Below, piece after piece: positions 40,121-56,400 of a stretch of 64,000 nucleotides of DNA; positions within the stretch are counted from its first letter, which is position 1, and each line of letters opens with the position of its first letter. Made by a program: the position numbers and the translations under genes. The notes below the pieces were generated by a model, which saw only the letters and a program-made list of their open reading frames with translations, was not told where the DNA came from and searched no databases. Origin of the DNA: Eledone cirrhosa (taxonomy: Eukaryota); NCBI GenBank assembly GCA_964016885.1, contig OZ024742.1:65658001-65722000 (forward strand), written 5' to 3'.

Positions 40121-40157
<37 letters not shown>

Positions 40158-40159
<2 letters not shown>

Positions 40160-40323
40160 TTATCCCGGGTTCAGTCGGGGGTAATCACAGTAAATAAGTT
40201 ACTCAATACAAGGCAGAGTATAAATGTTTAATATAGAAAAGCTTCTACAGGATTAAAACTGTTTCATTCGTAAGAAATCACCAGGAAGCTGACTGTCCTG
40301 TAGAAGCTTTTCTATATTAAACA
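40158..40323 (-). mobile_element. Family F mini fold-back
   Basis: Tail + HHR on the minus strand followed by ~28-bp inverted copy tcctgtagaagcttttctatattaaaca. Confidence 0.8.
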
Positions 40324-40375
40324 TATATATATATATATGTATAGAAGTAGTTCCACAACAGTTAATTCAAAATTT

Positions 40376-40416
40376 CCGAGAACACTTGTTTCACCTTATT
40401 CGGATCATCAGCTCGG
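40376..40416 (-). ncRNA. Type I HHR (family G) within a ~270-bp (TA)n-bounded fragment 40340-40610
   Basis: rc: ccgag-CTGATGA-tcc gaataa ggt-GAAAC-aagt-GTT-ctcgg; perfect 5-bp stem I. Confidence 0.7.
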
Positions 40417-40613
40417 TTTAAATGAGATTGTACGGAAAAAGAAAAACAATTGTATGAATACGCATGAGAGGAAGGTTTCACGTTAGATAGATAAGGTGGG
40501 GACAACTATGGAAACACAGAATAATAATAGATTATTCATGTTAGTTAGTCTGGAGCTTTCTACTGAGTGCTCTACTACTACGGATATAACCTTCCAGCGT
40601 GCTACTATTATAT

Positions 40614-40907
<294 letters not shown>

Positions 40908-40909
<2 letters not shown>

Positions 40910-41516
40910 GGTGGCTGCCAACTCGTTTTCGAGTACGGTCACTACTTTATATCCATGTAGGAGAACTCCTGCTGATGCGCTGAACGAGTGTGATTTTTAG
41001 TCCAGCCAGCGACTTGAAAACTCTGGTACAAACACTACACTTGTGACAATTATTGGCACATAGTGCTGGGCCCATGGTACCATGTGACGACAAGTGCAGA
41101 GAGATCTCCAGATAGAAAGCAATGCCTGTGCCGTGAAGCTTTCATAGTGAGCAAAGGCACTGCACAAAGCCAGTCCCACTCTCTTAACCAAGATGATATT
41201 TACCAAAAAGAAGAACAAGTCAACATCATTGGATACCATCAGGGTTGCAGGTGTTATATCAGAGTTTTCCTTCTCCTAGAATTCTGCCTTGACAAAGGCT
41301 AAGGGGTCATCTCTCCCGGTGATTTTGGATAGCCATTGACTCTTAAGAGCTCATTTGCCCTTTGACAGGTTTTGTTTTTAATCCTGCAGGATGTCCAAAG
41401 TCACCCTCCTCACCAAGAAACCTTGGTGGGGTTGCCAGTTTAGTCGCCAACGACCCGACCATGAGACAGGTTGTACTGGGATACATGTTACCAGTAACCC
41501 CAACTGGTGACCTGAC
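40908..41516 (-). mobile_element. Bipartite RTE-derived element, copy 3
   Basis: Near-identical to 18931-19540. Confidence 0.8.
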
Positions 41517-41601
41517 ATATACTGACTATATACATACATATATACATACATACATACATACATAGATACATATATATACATATATATGTGTGCGAGTGTC
41601 A

Positions 41602-41757
<156 letters not shown>

Positions 41758-41887
41758 ATATATATATATATATTCACATACATATATACACATACATATA
41801 TACTCACACTCGCACGTATATATATGTATGTATATATATATGTATGTATATATGTATGTATGTATGTCTATATATATATATATATAT

Positions 41888-42824
<937 letters not shown>

Positions 42825-42827
42825 TTT

Positions 42828-43686
42828 AGAAGAGCTTCTACAGGACTAGAACTGTTTCATTCGTGAGAAATAACCAGGAAGCTGGTTGTCCAAGTAGGTG
42901 GTGGTATTTATATCTTTTCTTTTCTGGTGGTAGGAGAGGGTGGGGATCGGGATGGGTGGAGGTCATGTGTATGTACACATATATATGTATATATGTGTAT
43001 ATATGTATATATGTATATTTGTATATATGTATGTGTGTATGTACCATTATGTATGTTTGATATGTGTGTGCCTGTCTGTGTGTGAGTGCGTGTATGTGTG
43101 TGTACTTGTGTAAGTGGGTGCGTGTGTTAATGTGCTTGTCGACACCTGGAATATATATTAAGAGAAACTTCACAATAAGGGGAATCACCCCAACACTTGA
43201 ACCTGTGATGGAACCCTTTCTGCCTTTGTCACCCTTATTTCAGCCTTAAAGAATTAGCTTCTAAAGAATTTCCCTTTTCTTTAAACCATTGAACCCCACC
43301 CATCCTGTAGACACCTGTCTTACAGGCATTGTTAGTCTAAGTGATAAACAAAGATTGTTACTTTAAGTGATAAACTTGTTTACAGTATTCTTTCTGCCTT
43401 TGTTAATATTATAGCTTTAAAGAATTAGCTTTTAATGAACTCTCTTTTCTTTAAATCCATCAACCAATGACCTACACCCATCACAATCCCCACCCTCTCA
43501 TACCACCAGAAAAGAAAAGATATAAATACCGCTACTTACTTGGACAGCCAGCTCCCTGATAATTTCTCACGAATGAAACAGTTCTAGTCCTGTAGAAGCT
43601 CTTCTATATTAAAACATTTATACTCTGCTATGTATTGAGTACCTTACTTACTGTGGTTACCTCCGATTCAACTCGGAATAACTTAT
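42828..43686 (+). mobile_element. Family F fold-back (non-coding 3'UTR only)
   Basis: Arms ~42828-42965 / 43468-43612, tail to 43686; body homologous to 27585-28107; extra fragment 43697-43725. Confidence 0.85.
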
Positions 43687-43722
43687 ATATATATATGAAA
43701 CAGTTCTAGTCCTGTAGAAGCT

Positions 43723-43785
<63 letters not shown>

Positions 43786-43876
43786 GTATATGTATATGTA
43801 TTTATATATGTATATACGTATATATATATGTATATATATATATAATATATATGAATGTATATGTATATATATGTAT

Positions 43877-43936
<60 letters not shown>

Positions 43937-45503
43937 TTATATATCTATATATGTAATTAAGAATGTACTGGGAACGCCAGTACAATGTGAATACGAACTA
44001 TAATGCTGGAACTAGTTTTGAGTAAAGTAAAAATGAGATAATACAAGATTTCATAATATTTCGATGTTGGAATATGGGAGAGTCTTGTTCTTATGAATTA
44101 TTCTTTGTCGTGTGACTGACTGATGGTGAAAATAGTTCTGCTAAAGGTGACACGCACAGGTCACTGCAGCAGGATGACGAACATATGAAAAATCCAGCCC
44201 AAAGGACCTACTTCCCAATACTAATGCCTTTACCATATGGTCATTTTATGTCACAATTAATCATGTTAGACCAGCTTCGACTCCAACCTCAAATGTATGC
44301 TAACGATCCCTCCAAAAGGGGACTGGCAAATGTCATGAAGCATCTCCGTTACGCTATCAACATCAAGATTAGGAACATCACGAGACTAGAGAAATTGCGT
44401 TGCAGTGCTGCCGTCAAGTGGTTCCATGATATCTTGCTCAAGGCAGCCTGTAGTTGCGTTTGTAGTCATCTACTACAAACATCATAAGCTATACCACTTA
44501 CACATTCTTAGTATCAGATATTCATGTAAAGGCATCGTCTCTTCTCTAATACACACAACAATCACGACGCCAACAGTGAACACATATAAGCCAGTGATTC
44601 TTAAAATATATCGATATCGCCCATCGGGAATATTGCCACCCCAAAGGTTTCGTATATCAAACAAGTGTCAGACAAGTAGATAGGGTTGAAAAGAATTATT
44701 TATGTCTGACTCCTTCAACTAACATTCAGATCCAGGAGGTTCCACCAGCTTACCACAATACTTCTGGAAAATAAGAGACCAGGACATGGCATGCCCTCTA
44801 ATAGCAGGGACATCGTCGATAGGGTCAATCTACTAAATGTGACACGGAACTCTAGATACTGCTTAACCCCCCAAAAAATCCAGATCCTTGACCGACCAGC
44901 AACATATTTTAACGGAGGCTTAGATGTATTACCCAATTGTCGGTACGGGTTCAAACTCATGCAAAGGTTCCAGATACCTAAATGATACAACAGTATAGAA
45001 TTAGGCTCTAAAAATCTTCTCTAAAACGGCTTCAGACATGTAGCGTAATTGCCGTTCTAGGCATCTACCATTAGCTTCTTTCTTCTGCGATAAACACAAG
45101 TTCGACCAAGTGTTTATTTGTGCCAGTGAGAATTGACTGTACCCATTGCATCTGTGGACTCAGTATCTTTCAGATATTTTTAAAATTCCTCAATATCGCC
45201 AGAAGAATTGAAGGTGTAAATCTTTGAGTTATAGAAAGGGGAAATTCCTGACTGCTTTGTAAAAAAGACTCATACGCACACATTTTAAGGAAGATCAATC
45301 AAAAGTATGTTATCATTTAGAAAACTTTACCAACGAGACAATACATGAAAACGTATTTTTTTTTCATAGATAAACGACGAATAAGATTGATATATAATAA
45401 AATGTAAGGTTAACGTAAATTTAAAGTAATTGTGAATGTAACAGTGCATGTGTACATTTGAAGGCTACAATGACTATACGGGATGCAATTACACACACAC
45501 ACA

Positions 45504-45555
<52 letters not shown>

Positions 45556-46140
45556 TTTATATATATATATATATGCGTGTGTGTGTATTATAGGAATATA
45601 TAGATATTTGCGTGTGCATATAAATATATCAGATAAACAATGCCAATCTTTTCATTTGACTACATGTGGACTAGCATGCTCCTACATATATTTAACTACG
45701 TTTAAGCTTACATATAAATATTTATACATACATACGTGTATGTCTATGTATATATATATATATATTGGAAAAGGTTTTATACAGATCATGTTATATAAGG
45801 AAAATAAGGGGAAAAAAAGGATTTGGAAAGCGCGCCTGGTATATATATAAAGGATATTTACAACATGTACAAAAATTGATGTTAGCAAAGTCTGCTTTCT
45901 CTGTATTGCATTATCAAAAATATTTGTTATTAGGTTAATTTGCTTTTTCTCGTTAAAAATCTTGCATGCTTATTCTAGAATACATTGGTTTGCTAGACAT
46001 CAATTTTTAATATCAATTTGTGTACATCAAGGGCGGTGCCCCAGCATAGCCTCAGCCGGATGGCTGGAACAGGTAAAAGAGTATGTTATACCAATCCTTT
46101 ATATATATTTATATATACGCCAGGTGCGCTTTTCAAACCC

Positions 46141-46211
<71 letters not shown>

Positions 46212-46391
46212 GATGTAGGTGTGTGTGTGTGTATAGGTGTATAATAGTTATATATACGTACGTCAGAAGCATTGTTCCAGCCGTTAAGACCAAGCATGGG
46301 GAAACTAACCAACTGTAAAACAAAAGAGAAAGAAAAGATTTCTAATTCGCCAGAGGCACAAAAGAAAATCGTTATCACCATCATCATTGTT

Positions 46392-46445
<54 letters not shown>

Positions 46446-46654
46446 TTCATAGTTATGGTCATCATCATTACCAGCATCATTATTGCAATCATCATTACCC
46501 CCACCACAACCACTATGACCGTTACAACGAACCACACCAGCATCAAGATCATTATTATCAACCTTTCCATCTCTCACGATCCCCATATCACTGACACCAC
46601 AAATGATCACGACGATGACGACGAGAACTATCACCTGCTCCACTGTCACCCGAC

Positions 46655-46704
<50 letters not shown>

Positions 46705-47579
46705 CCACATTTTCAGCACCATTATCCTTAGCAACCGCAGCTCGCACTACGAACACTACCACAAAAATCACAACGACCATGACGACAACGACAAGAATTA
46801 CGCCGCCGACGACGAGAACTACTCCGGCACCACCATCATAATCATCCTCATCCCCATTGCCATATTCAGCTGCTATAGCAGCCAATACAACCACTGCTAC
46901 CATCACTATTTCACATTGAAAAAATCAATAAGATATGCAAACTAGTTTATTTGTTCTTTCTAGATTTACCGGTTATTGAACTCTTGTGTTCTTCATTTGA
47001 TCCTCTTTGGTTTTCGTTTGCAGAATTGATTGTTTAACTAGACAGATGAAAGAGTTGGGGAGTGTAAGAGAGACTTGCTACACACACACATATACACATA
47101 TATACATATATATATATATATAAATATATATGTGTGTGTGTTTGTGAGTGTGTGTGTGCATGCGCATCTATAATATATATATATATATGTGTGTGTGTTC
47201 GGATCTAGTTGTCGAAACGGCCGGAGCTCAGCCGTCGGGGTCCTGAATCTTTTCCTATATATATATATACATATATATGTATGTGTGTGTCTGTGTATAT
47301 ATATATGTGTGTGTGTGCGTATATACATTTCAAACTCCGGCCATCATCAGGATAGTGCTTCCTCTGCTCTCTGTTAGAACTTGAAACAGGCAAAAATATA
47401 TAGTTTTTCGCCTGTGTCGGTGGGCTGATTACCCTCACTAGCATATGGAGCAATGTAAATTGACTCAACTTGAAAGTAGAATTAAAATGTTAGCTCCGAT
47501 ATACCTGTATACATACAAGTATGTGAATTTCGTACGTCTTATGGTTATATGGTGTGTTTAATAAATAAAATTCACACAC

Positions 47580-48215
47580 ATTTCTTGGGGATGCGTCTGT
47601 CACCCATACGAATCATGTGACCTGTCCATTTTAACTGATTCTTAAACTTAAGTAGATGTAATGTTTGCCCCAGCAAGAATCTCGGTGTCTTGATCGAATG
47701 TGTTCCAGCTTATTCAGAGTATATGTCGGAGGCATTTTTGGTGAAACTGCTCCAGCATTTTAACAGGCGTGTGTCCAACGTCCATGACTCTGAGGAATAA
47801 AATAGTATGGAGAGTATAAATAAGACGCATACAGCAATCCTAGTCAGCAATTTAATGTGACGTTGTGACCAGACTCTAATTTCTAGACCGCCAATGGCGT
47901 TTGTTGCCTTTTGTATACTAGATGTGATTTCAGTGTCCAATTTGCCATCAGCTTGTATGTAAGTACCAAGGTATTCTAAAGAAGTATCCGTTTTTAGCAT
48001 TGTGTTATTAACAAGGATACGTGGTGGAGTTGCCTACTCCCCAGGGACAGGTTGATGCATTAAAACAGTCTTTTTCAGATTAATTAGAAAACGGAATATA
48101 TCACAATCAGCGTCGAAATCCCTGATTAGGTTTTGGAAGCCCTCCTCAGTGTAACTTATTAGGTCGCTGTCATCTGCATACAGAAGGTCACGGATCAAAG
48201 AGCTGGGGACTTTAG
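47580..48215 (-). pseudogene. RTE-clade RT fragment
   Basis: IRDLLYADDSDLI; LEYLGTYIQADGKLDTEITSSIQKA; ILFYSSESWTL; LKWTGHMIRMGDRRIPK. Confidence 0.85.
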
Positions 48216-48287
48216 AGTGCAGACTAAGGTGTATAGAAAGGGGAGTCTCCAGCAGAGAGCTTCCTGATTCACCAACATTATTTAACT

Positions 48288-48410
48288 GTTCAAATCCCGC
48301 CGAGGTTAACTTTGCCTTTCATCCTATCCTTACGGGGTCGATAACATAAAGTACCAGTAATGCACTGGGTATTTGCTGGCCTTGTGCCAAAAAGTAGAAA
48401 CAATTATTTA
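48288..48410 (+). mobile_element. 5'-truncated Nin/Deu-core SINE
   Basis: Core motif present; flanking attatttaactg duplicated. Confidence 0.85.
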
Positions 48411-48481
48411 ACTGGTACAATGTGTCCGAAAACGGAAGAGCCGAACTTCCACCATCATCGCCCCCATAACCCTCGCCCTCC

Positions 48482-48930
48482 TCATATCTCTTTATAGTGA
48501 GCAAATGGGGTCCCACGTGCTGGCCGCCCCATAGCTCCGGCGGACAGAACGGAGAAGGCGTTTCCACGGAGGATGCGTTGGAAGAGCCATTCCATCTCGC
48601 GATACTCACACCTGCGGCTGGCCAGCTCAGCGCCTATGTTAGTGTGTAGGGAGGTAGCCCTAGGGCCAAGGACACCAGACGTTTCCAGTGCCGAGGGCAC
48701 GACCGCAAACCTGTCAGAGGGCGACCGGTACTTAGTAAAATTCAATGTTTGAAGAGCGATATCGGATAAAGACTCCGTCTATTAATGTTACAAAGGCATT
48801 TGACAGCACGTGAGGCCATATAGATTGGTCTGACTGGCTGTCCCCTGGCCGACAGATACGTTGAACATCTGCGGGACGTCCGGGTCGGCAACCCGTCTTC
48901 GGAGGCCTGAGATTTCCGCACTGTCAATCG
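48482..48930 (-). pseudogene. CRE-clade-like non-LTR element, RLE C-terminus
   Basis: KYRSPSDRFAVVPSALETSGVLGPRA..IGAELA..EWLFQRI(del)LRGNAFSVL matches the CRE-type P.A.ET.G..G / QR.S....RGNA terminus. Confidence 0.7.
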
Positions 48931-49672
48931 TTACACATATCAGACTACTGTGTTCGAGATCGCATCCTGCACCGGACCTTCAGACACGCACAGCCAGAGG
49001 TAACAGAGGCTTATTTTTTCTAAATACATTTTCCCCTATAGTCTTAATGCACCACCCCGCTTCATTTAATCTTCTCCTCCCACTATATCCAGTACCCTCC
49101 CTCGTCTATGTGCTCACACAGGTAAATACTAGCGCACCCTTAAATACCTTACAATACCTTACACATACAACAAAAAATTTTAACACACTTATTAATGAAG
49201 AAACAGCAAATATACACATGTATTCCTCACATAGTATTGTATTGTGTGGCTGCTATAGCAAATTAACAACGTTTTTGTTTATTTCAACTTCAGCTGACCA
49301 CCTTGAGGATAAGTTTCTTTTTTTAATGAACGGATATATATAATGAACTGATACATACTTGTCACTAATAATATTTGTTATATTTGATACATACACTGAC
49401 AAACCAGGCTCATATACAAGGGTAAAACAGCCCGACGCACTTAGACACGACGACGACAAATGTATAGATCTTTCCACCAATATATACAGTGATACACACA
49501 AAAAATAAAAAAGGTAACACACACACACACACATATCCTCGCGTACATGTCCCAATTTTTTATTTTCTAATCTATCTACTTGTACCCTCTCAACGAAAAA
49601 CTAACGTCCGATACGTTGAACCTAATGTGAACCTAATAAAACTAATTGTTTTTGTATGTGTTTGTCAAGTCG

Positions 49673-49975
<303 letters not shown>

Positions 49976-50187
49976 TATATATATATATATCTAGCATTTC
50001 GAGCTACATTTTTCTATATAAAACAGAAGTAACATTCGAACACCAACCAGATGCGAGAAAAACCACAAACCCTCCATCTCAATTCTCCTTTTGAAAATCA
50101 CAAGAACTGCGAAACCGGTAAAGGAACCAAATAAATATATTTAAAAAAAAAAGACTCCAGTTGCATTTTCGATTTCATCTTTTTTCC

Positions 50188-50249
<62 letters not shown>

Positions 50250-51130
50250 TTTGCTGAGGGTCATGTTGACCTAACATTGCCAGAAGAAAATAGTAATACA
50301 CATTCCCATCGCCGCTATATATATATATGCCTCTGATGTACACATTTCTCTCGTTTTCATTCGACAAGGAAGGTTTATAGATAGGCCTGGAGCATCGACG
50401 CAAATATATTTGTATGTATGTTCTCACATTGCTATGGTAATAGATCACCCGTTTAAACTAGAGGGCTCTCAGCAATGATGGAGAAATAATTCATACAACT
50501 AGTCGATAATTTCGTCTTTTCTAGAAACCATTGTAATGATTTGATTACTTTCCCCTTGGTAAAATAAAAAATATAAGGAGCAATTCTTTAAGTTGTATGC
50601 AAGTTTTATATTTTAGCAAGTGCTGACCTTATTTCTCTAACGGTGCATTTTGCCAGTACATATTCATTATTATGAGATCTTAATGCCACGTTTTCATGGA
50701 CAACAGAATTACGGGCAACGGACGATACTCGATCTTCTACAAAAAGTAGACAAATCGCTTAGAAACAACACACTTAAAAATGCAAAATATTCTGTTGTGA
50801 AGGGAAATCTTTTTGCGATAAGCAAAGAACGGGATGAACACACATTGGAACGCCTTTGATCATAGATCTGCTGGAGCCAAGTAGATTTGGACTAAACAAC
50901 AACAATAATATATGACACCACTACTTCTGACAATATCAGCTAAAAAAATAATAACTGCAAACATCAACATCAAAAGAAAACATCTTCAAAATAGCATTGA
51001 ATACAAAAAAACAACAGTGGATTAAATAAATAAATGAAACAGAAATATATGATTAAGTGTTTCTATAGAAACGATGGAATGGAAGCTGCATAATTGACTG
51101 TGCGTAGCTGTCAGTGTGCGCACACACATT

Positions 51131-51294
<164 letters not shown>

Positions 51295-51295
51295 G

Positions 51296-51352
<57 letters not shown>

Positions 51353-51725
51353 GTCTGTGTGTGTCTTCATATGTAAATATACATATATAAACTAAGTGGT
51401 TGATTTAAAGAGCATTAAGAAAAGCTGGAATGGGTGAGTCCCAATACAGATAACAATAATAATAACCTATCCCTATAAATGATAGTTGAGAAAATCGAGT
51501 AAGATACTCCAGAAGGCGGAAACATGTATACACACCAATACACAATTCACACACACTCCAATACACAAATGCGCACATTATATGCATCCGCATACACAAA
51601 CATATAAATAAATATACATACTAAACTTACATATATATATTAATAAACATACACTTATACACATACACTTATAGACAACTATATAGCTATGTATAGATAC
51701 CTATAGGTGCACACGCACACACACA

Positions 51726-51812
<87 letters not shown>

Positions 51813-53129
51813 GTCTGATTAAAATAACAGGAGGACGGAATGGTGATGTTCCTTTAAAGTTTTATTGTTGCAAAAAACAATATATATTTTAATGGCATCG
51901 TTATGGAAGATCCTGGTGACACACATACACATACACACAAACACATGTATATATATATATATTTATATACACACGCATACAATCATACACACACAGATAT
52001 ATACACAAATATACTCATGATGTATACGAACGTTTACGTATATTTATATCATATACACCCATATAAAGATATATGCCATTATATTCAGATATTCGCCCAA
52101 ATACGTATATGGAAGCATACATGTACATATACAACTTTTACCCATACAGCTATATGCCCGTATACAGATGCAGTTCTAATAGATAAATATACGCAAAACA
52201 CCCGCTGGGCACCAATTTCGTCTATTTAGAAGATTTTAAGCCTGTAGCTAGAACAGTAAACAATATTTGACTTAAGAAGCATTAGGAAATTTCGAAATTT
52301 GAAACGCGACTAAATAGATAGAATTTAGTGGCCACCGACTCTTTAGCTTAATGTATAACATACTCACCCGACACTCTAGAGATGCAGCGTTCGATTTCTT
52401 GCACACACCTCTATCCAATTCTTACCATTTCTAGGGATATTTTATGCGATTTTCTCAACAATGTTATATGGTGATTAACTATTATCAGTATAGACATTTG
52501 CGATGGTATATATATATATTTCAAATTTTCCCAAGGCTTCCCAACCATTGTTTTTCACTCCATGCTAGAGACGAAAAATCTTCTGAATGTTTGACTTAGC
52601 TGGAATTAATTAGTAGTAGCACTAATATAACTTGATTTATAATAGAAGTTTATATGTAGGCATATCCCATATGTATATATATATAATAAGCATATATATT
52701 TCTCACTATAGATGTTTTAAATTGGGATTACGTCAGACCTATCTCACTAGCCATGTGAGAACGCCAGGCTCTAATGATTCAAGATTTCACAGCCAGGTCA
52801 AACAAACACAGTATGCAAATGAACGTATCCGGCAAAAGTTCTATTTGCTAACAGTATATACATTATAGCTTATTCCTCTACCAGTGCCAAGTGAGTAATC
52901 GTCATTGATGTTGGATTAAAACAACTCGAAATATTAATGTCTGGCTAACGAGACAACTGTGACATGATCGCAGTTTCAAACATTCGTATTGAGACATATA
53001 GAAGTATATTATACATAGACATATTGTATATGCCTTCATATACACCTTGATCCTGACACCCCTGATAGAGTCGTAAAGGCGCTATATTGACATGGCATTT
53101 CTTGGCGGAACGCGACCCTCCCACACGCG

Positions 53130-53210
<81 letters not shown>

Positions 53211-53339
53211 ATACATACACACATACACACATACACACACACACAAGACACACATATATATATTGTTAAAAAAATATGACAAGCACAGAGATGCAAAAAT
53301 ACACAATCTTCTTCATAAATACACACACATTTATACAGC

Positions 53340-53760
53340 AGATAAATGTTTCTGTTGTTGAATGTTTTTGTAGTTTACATGTACTGGAAGGTCTTGTTAT
53401 GGTTGGTAGATCCTTGGCAGTATATTGCACGTCTTGATAAATTATATGAAAGAACTGCTTAAAGATGTTCTCTCTCTCTCAAACTGGTAGTTTTTGCATT
53501 GCAACAAATAATAGCATTTAGTTTTGGGATAGCCTCCAAAAAAAAAAAGAGAATCTCCACATGAATATGCATGACCTGCTCTAGATAAAATATAGTTTAA
53601 TGGTATATAGTCGTTCGAAGATATCATAGACTTTGTTTATTAACCTTATTCTGTGCCTGATATGTTTTAAACGTTGACAGATCTGGCTGAGATATTGGAA
53701 GATTGATAGCTTATCTCTAGATTCTTCCCAAAATGTTTCCCCACCGATAACTAATTATAG
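53340..53760 (-). pseudogene. Very decayed RTE-like RT C-terminal fragment
   Basis: IFQYLSQ..HIRHRIRLINKVYDIF..WRLSQN resembles FxYLG..I..RI..A...F / E.W.L. Confidence 0.3.
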
Positions 53761-54014
53761 TTTTGCTGAATGATTTGATTTGCGATAAATTTGGAATGTA
53801 GTCTGTATGTAATATTTCCATTTGTTTTTCTCTTTTTGCTAATTTATCGGCTTTTATGATTCCTCCAATATCTGTTTGGTATGGTATCCAAATCATTGTT
53901 ATTTGTATGTTATTTTTAGAAGTACTCTTACTATTTCTAACCCGACCGCTTTTTCTTGATAAAATATGTCATAGGTTCGATAAAATATGTCGGTAAATAG
54001 AAAAGCTTTTCCCC

Positions 54015-54058
<44 letters not shown>

Positions 54059-54081
54059 GGGGAAAAGCTTTTCTATTTACG

Positions 54082-54113
<32 letters not shown>

Positions 54114-54116
<3 letters not shown>

Positions 54117-54461
54117 GAGGTGTGCAGAAAAGTACCAGGACTGATGTCACAAATGATTTATTTCAAACCCAAACTTCATACTAAGAGTTTTCTCCTTCAA
54201 AGTAATTCCCCTGGAGTATGTAACTGTAATCTTAGCTCGCTGCAGCGATCAAACTTTTTTCTTCATAATTTTATATACATGTCCTCTGTTTCAGGTCGTC
54301 AAGCAATGAGCACAGAGCAACGAACAAACTTGAAGTATCTGGTACGGTTGTGGAAAACTCCATCAGAAGCACTGGGATTGCTGCAGCAAGTGTATGGAGA
54401 TGAGACGATGTCACGCTCACGTGTTTTTGAGTGGTGCAAGAGGTTTAAAGAAGAGGTTTAA
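54114..54461 (+). mobile_element. Mariner transposon 5' end (TIR + HTH fragment)
   Basis: TA-cgaggtgtgcagaaaagtacc TIR-like start; MSTEQRTNLKYLVRLWKTPSEALGLLQQVYGDETMSRSRVFEWCKRFKE is a Mos1-type HTH. Confidence 0.85.
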
Positions 54462-55369
54462 AGAGATTCTAGCAGAAATACAGATGTATAAATAAATAGA
54501 TAGAGTGAGACAGACAGATTGATAATTAATGATAATTAATTATGGATACTGACAATGATAAAAGCATAGAAAGTGATTCAATAAAAAAAAACACAACTAC
54601 AAACTATGCGTAACTCTAATAAAATAAAAAAATTCATATTCCATCACTTCTCCCCCCCAAAACAGCAAATCAAAATAAAAAAGAACCACACCACTAAAAC
54701 AGAAAGTAAGAACACTATTTCACAGCAAAACACACATTAAAAAACTGATAAAATTGAATGATTCGAACATGTTTGATAATAAAAATGATGACTACGTTAA
54801 CACAGAGACAAGTCGACAACCTAAGTTGAAATCTACCTTCACCCTATAACAACCGAACCAAGTGTGTTTTATCTAAGGACATTACAACACTTGTTGCCCG
54901 CAAATGAAAGTTGAATGTAGTATTGGTTGTTTTCAGTTGAATGGCACCATATGCTTCATGTTTAAATTTCAGTACGAAGAGAAGAAGTAAGCTAAGTTTG
55001 TGCGTCACACATTTGCCCAAAAGTTTATTCCTCAATACGAAGTATTATGAGGATCTGACTGAAAGATAGCACACACGATATAGCACAATACAGGAAGGTT
55101 GTGTGTACTGATGTGACCTCTAACGTAGGATAGCACTCTATGGATACACAAGTTCTGATGAGACACGAAGATCACAAAGCGATTTCGGAGATATACTGCG
55201 TAGTAATTGTGGCGAGAATGGCTTCAGGTGGAGGGTCACTGCTACTCAATTGCTTTCTACCCAGAAGAACTTCAGTATCTAAAAGAATTGAATAGAACAG
55301 ACGGCAACTACTGCCCCCGAGGGAATTAAGTTCAAGAATTGTAAAAGCTGGGGCAGTAATGCGCCAGCT

Positions 55370-55560
55370 CCAGCATTCTGTTTTCATGCCAGCCCTTACC
55401 AAACGAATACAAGGGGTCGAAATGGGGTTCCTCGGAAGGGACTCTGAAGTAACTTTACTTGATAGAGGTTGTAGCTACTTCTTTAACTTGAGAAATCACA
55501 GATCCGATATTACGGACATGTGATTAGAATGTCTCAGGAAATAATTGTTGGATATATTTT
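55370..55560 (+). pseudogene. RTE 3' ORF fragment
   Basis: KRIQGVEMGFLGRDSEVTLLDR and RYYGHVIRMSQE. Confidence 0.6.
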
Positions 55561-56279
55561 ACGGACAGGTGATGTAGGGATAGATCCAGAGCAAGAGGGT
55601 TTCGCTTTAGGATCCAACTGGATCAATTAGAGACGGTTGCTTCTGAGTGGATCCGCTGCAAAACGTGCTTGATGACTCTGCCCCAACGATCGTCCCATGA
55701 ATAAGTGGAGAAAAATATATCATAGACACGCACGGGCATGCACGCTCAAATACACACGAACACACACATATATATATCATAGACCCCCCCCCCCCATATA
55801 TATATATATATCCGTGTTTGTATGAGTGTGTGTTTTGTTGAAGACACCACTACTTCGTTTTAGAACATCATTTAGCACAATACAAATCCCAAATCCATAT
55901 GTTTGTAAATGTTTACATACCCCAACAATCTTTTCATCAGGAGTGTTGTTGGCTCAAATTGACTACCTCTTTAATTACATGACATACAGTATTGTGCATA
56001 ATTCAGAGACCACGCCAATATTAGGTTAGGTTAATATTGAACAAGGTATAATTATTAGAATTATGGTCAGTGCAGCTCGTCTCTTTATGCTTATTGATCC
56101 CTAGACCATCAATGATTGTGATTGTTTGACATAACGAGAATTATAACGCTGTCCAGGTGGTCTTCTTACATGGTGATTATAAGGGGCAAATTGTCTAATT
56201 AATCTTTCATTACTAAACCCCCATTCAGCAGCAGCCCTGTGATGATAAGTTTTCCAGAACAACAGACGGTCCTTGATGT

Positions 56280-56400
56280 TCTCATTGGAAAGTTGAGGCT
56301 GGCAGCTGGCTTAAAATCCCGGTGGACAGAATGGAGAAGGCGTTTCTCCGGAGGATGGTAAGGGAGATGCGCTGGAAGAGCCATTCCATCTTTTGATACA
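56280..56400 (-). pseudogene. Second CRE-like C-terminal fragment
   Basis: KMEWLFQRISLTILRRNAFSILSTG; nucleotide similarity to 48540-48606. Confidence 0.65.

Noticed and set aside
46133-46906. Poly-Asp/Ile/Met and Thr-rich ORFs as host exons
   Set aside because: Derived from (CAT)n/(CAC)n triplet repeats open in several frames on both strands; no splice or domain evidence
47320-47355. Minus-strand CTGATGA..GAAA motif (similar weak case at 23693-23725)
   Set aside because: Stem II and stem I pairing are unconvincing
48492-48507. 15-nt match (tttgctcactataaa) between the CRE-like 3' region and the RTE mini-element
   Set aside because: Too short and AT-rich with no flanking similarity; likely chance
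55155-55172. CTGATGAG HHR-like box (also 31815 and 27503)
   Set aside because: No properly placed GAAA with stems I-III; 27503 may be a deleted remnant but cannot be supported
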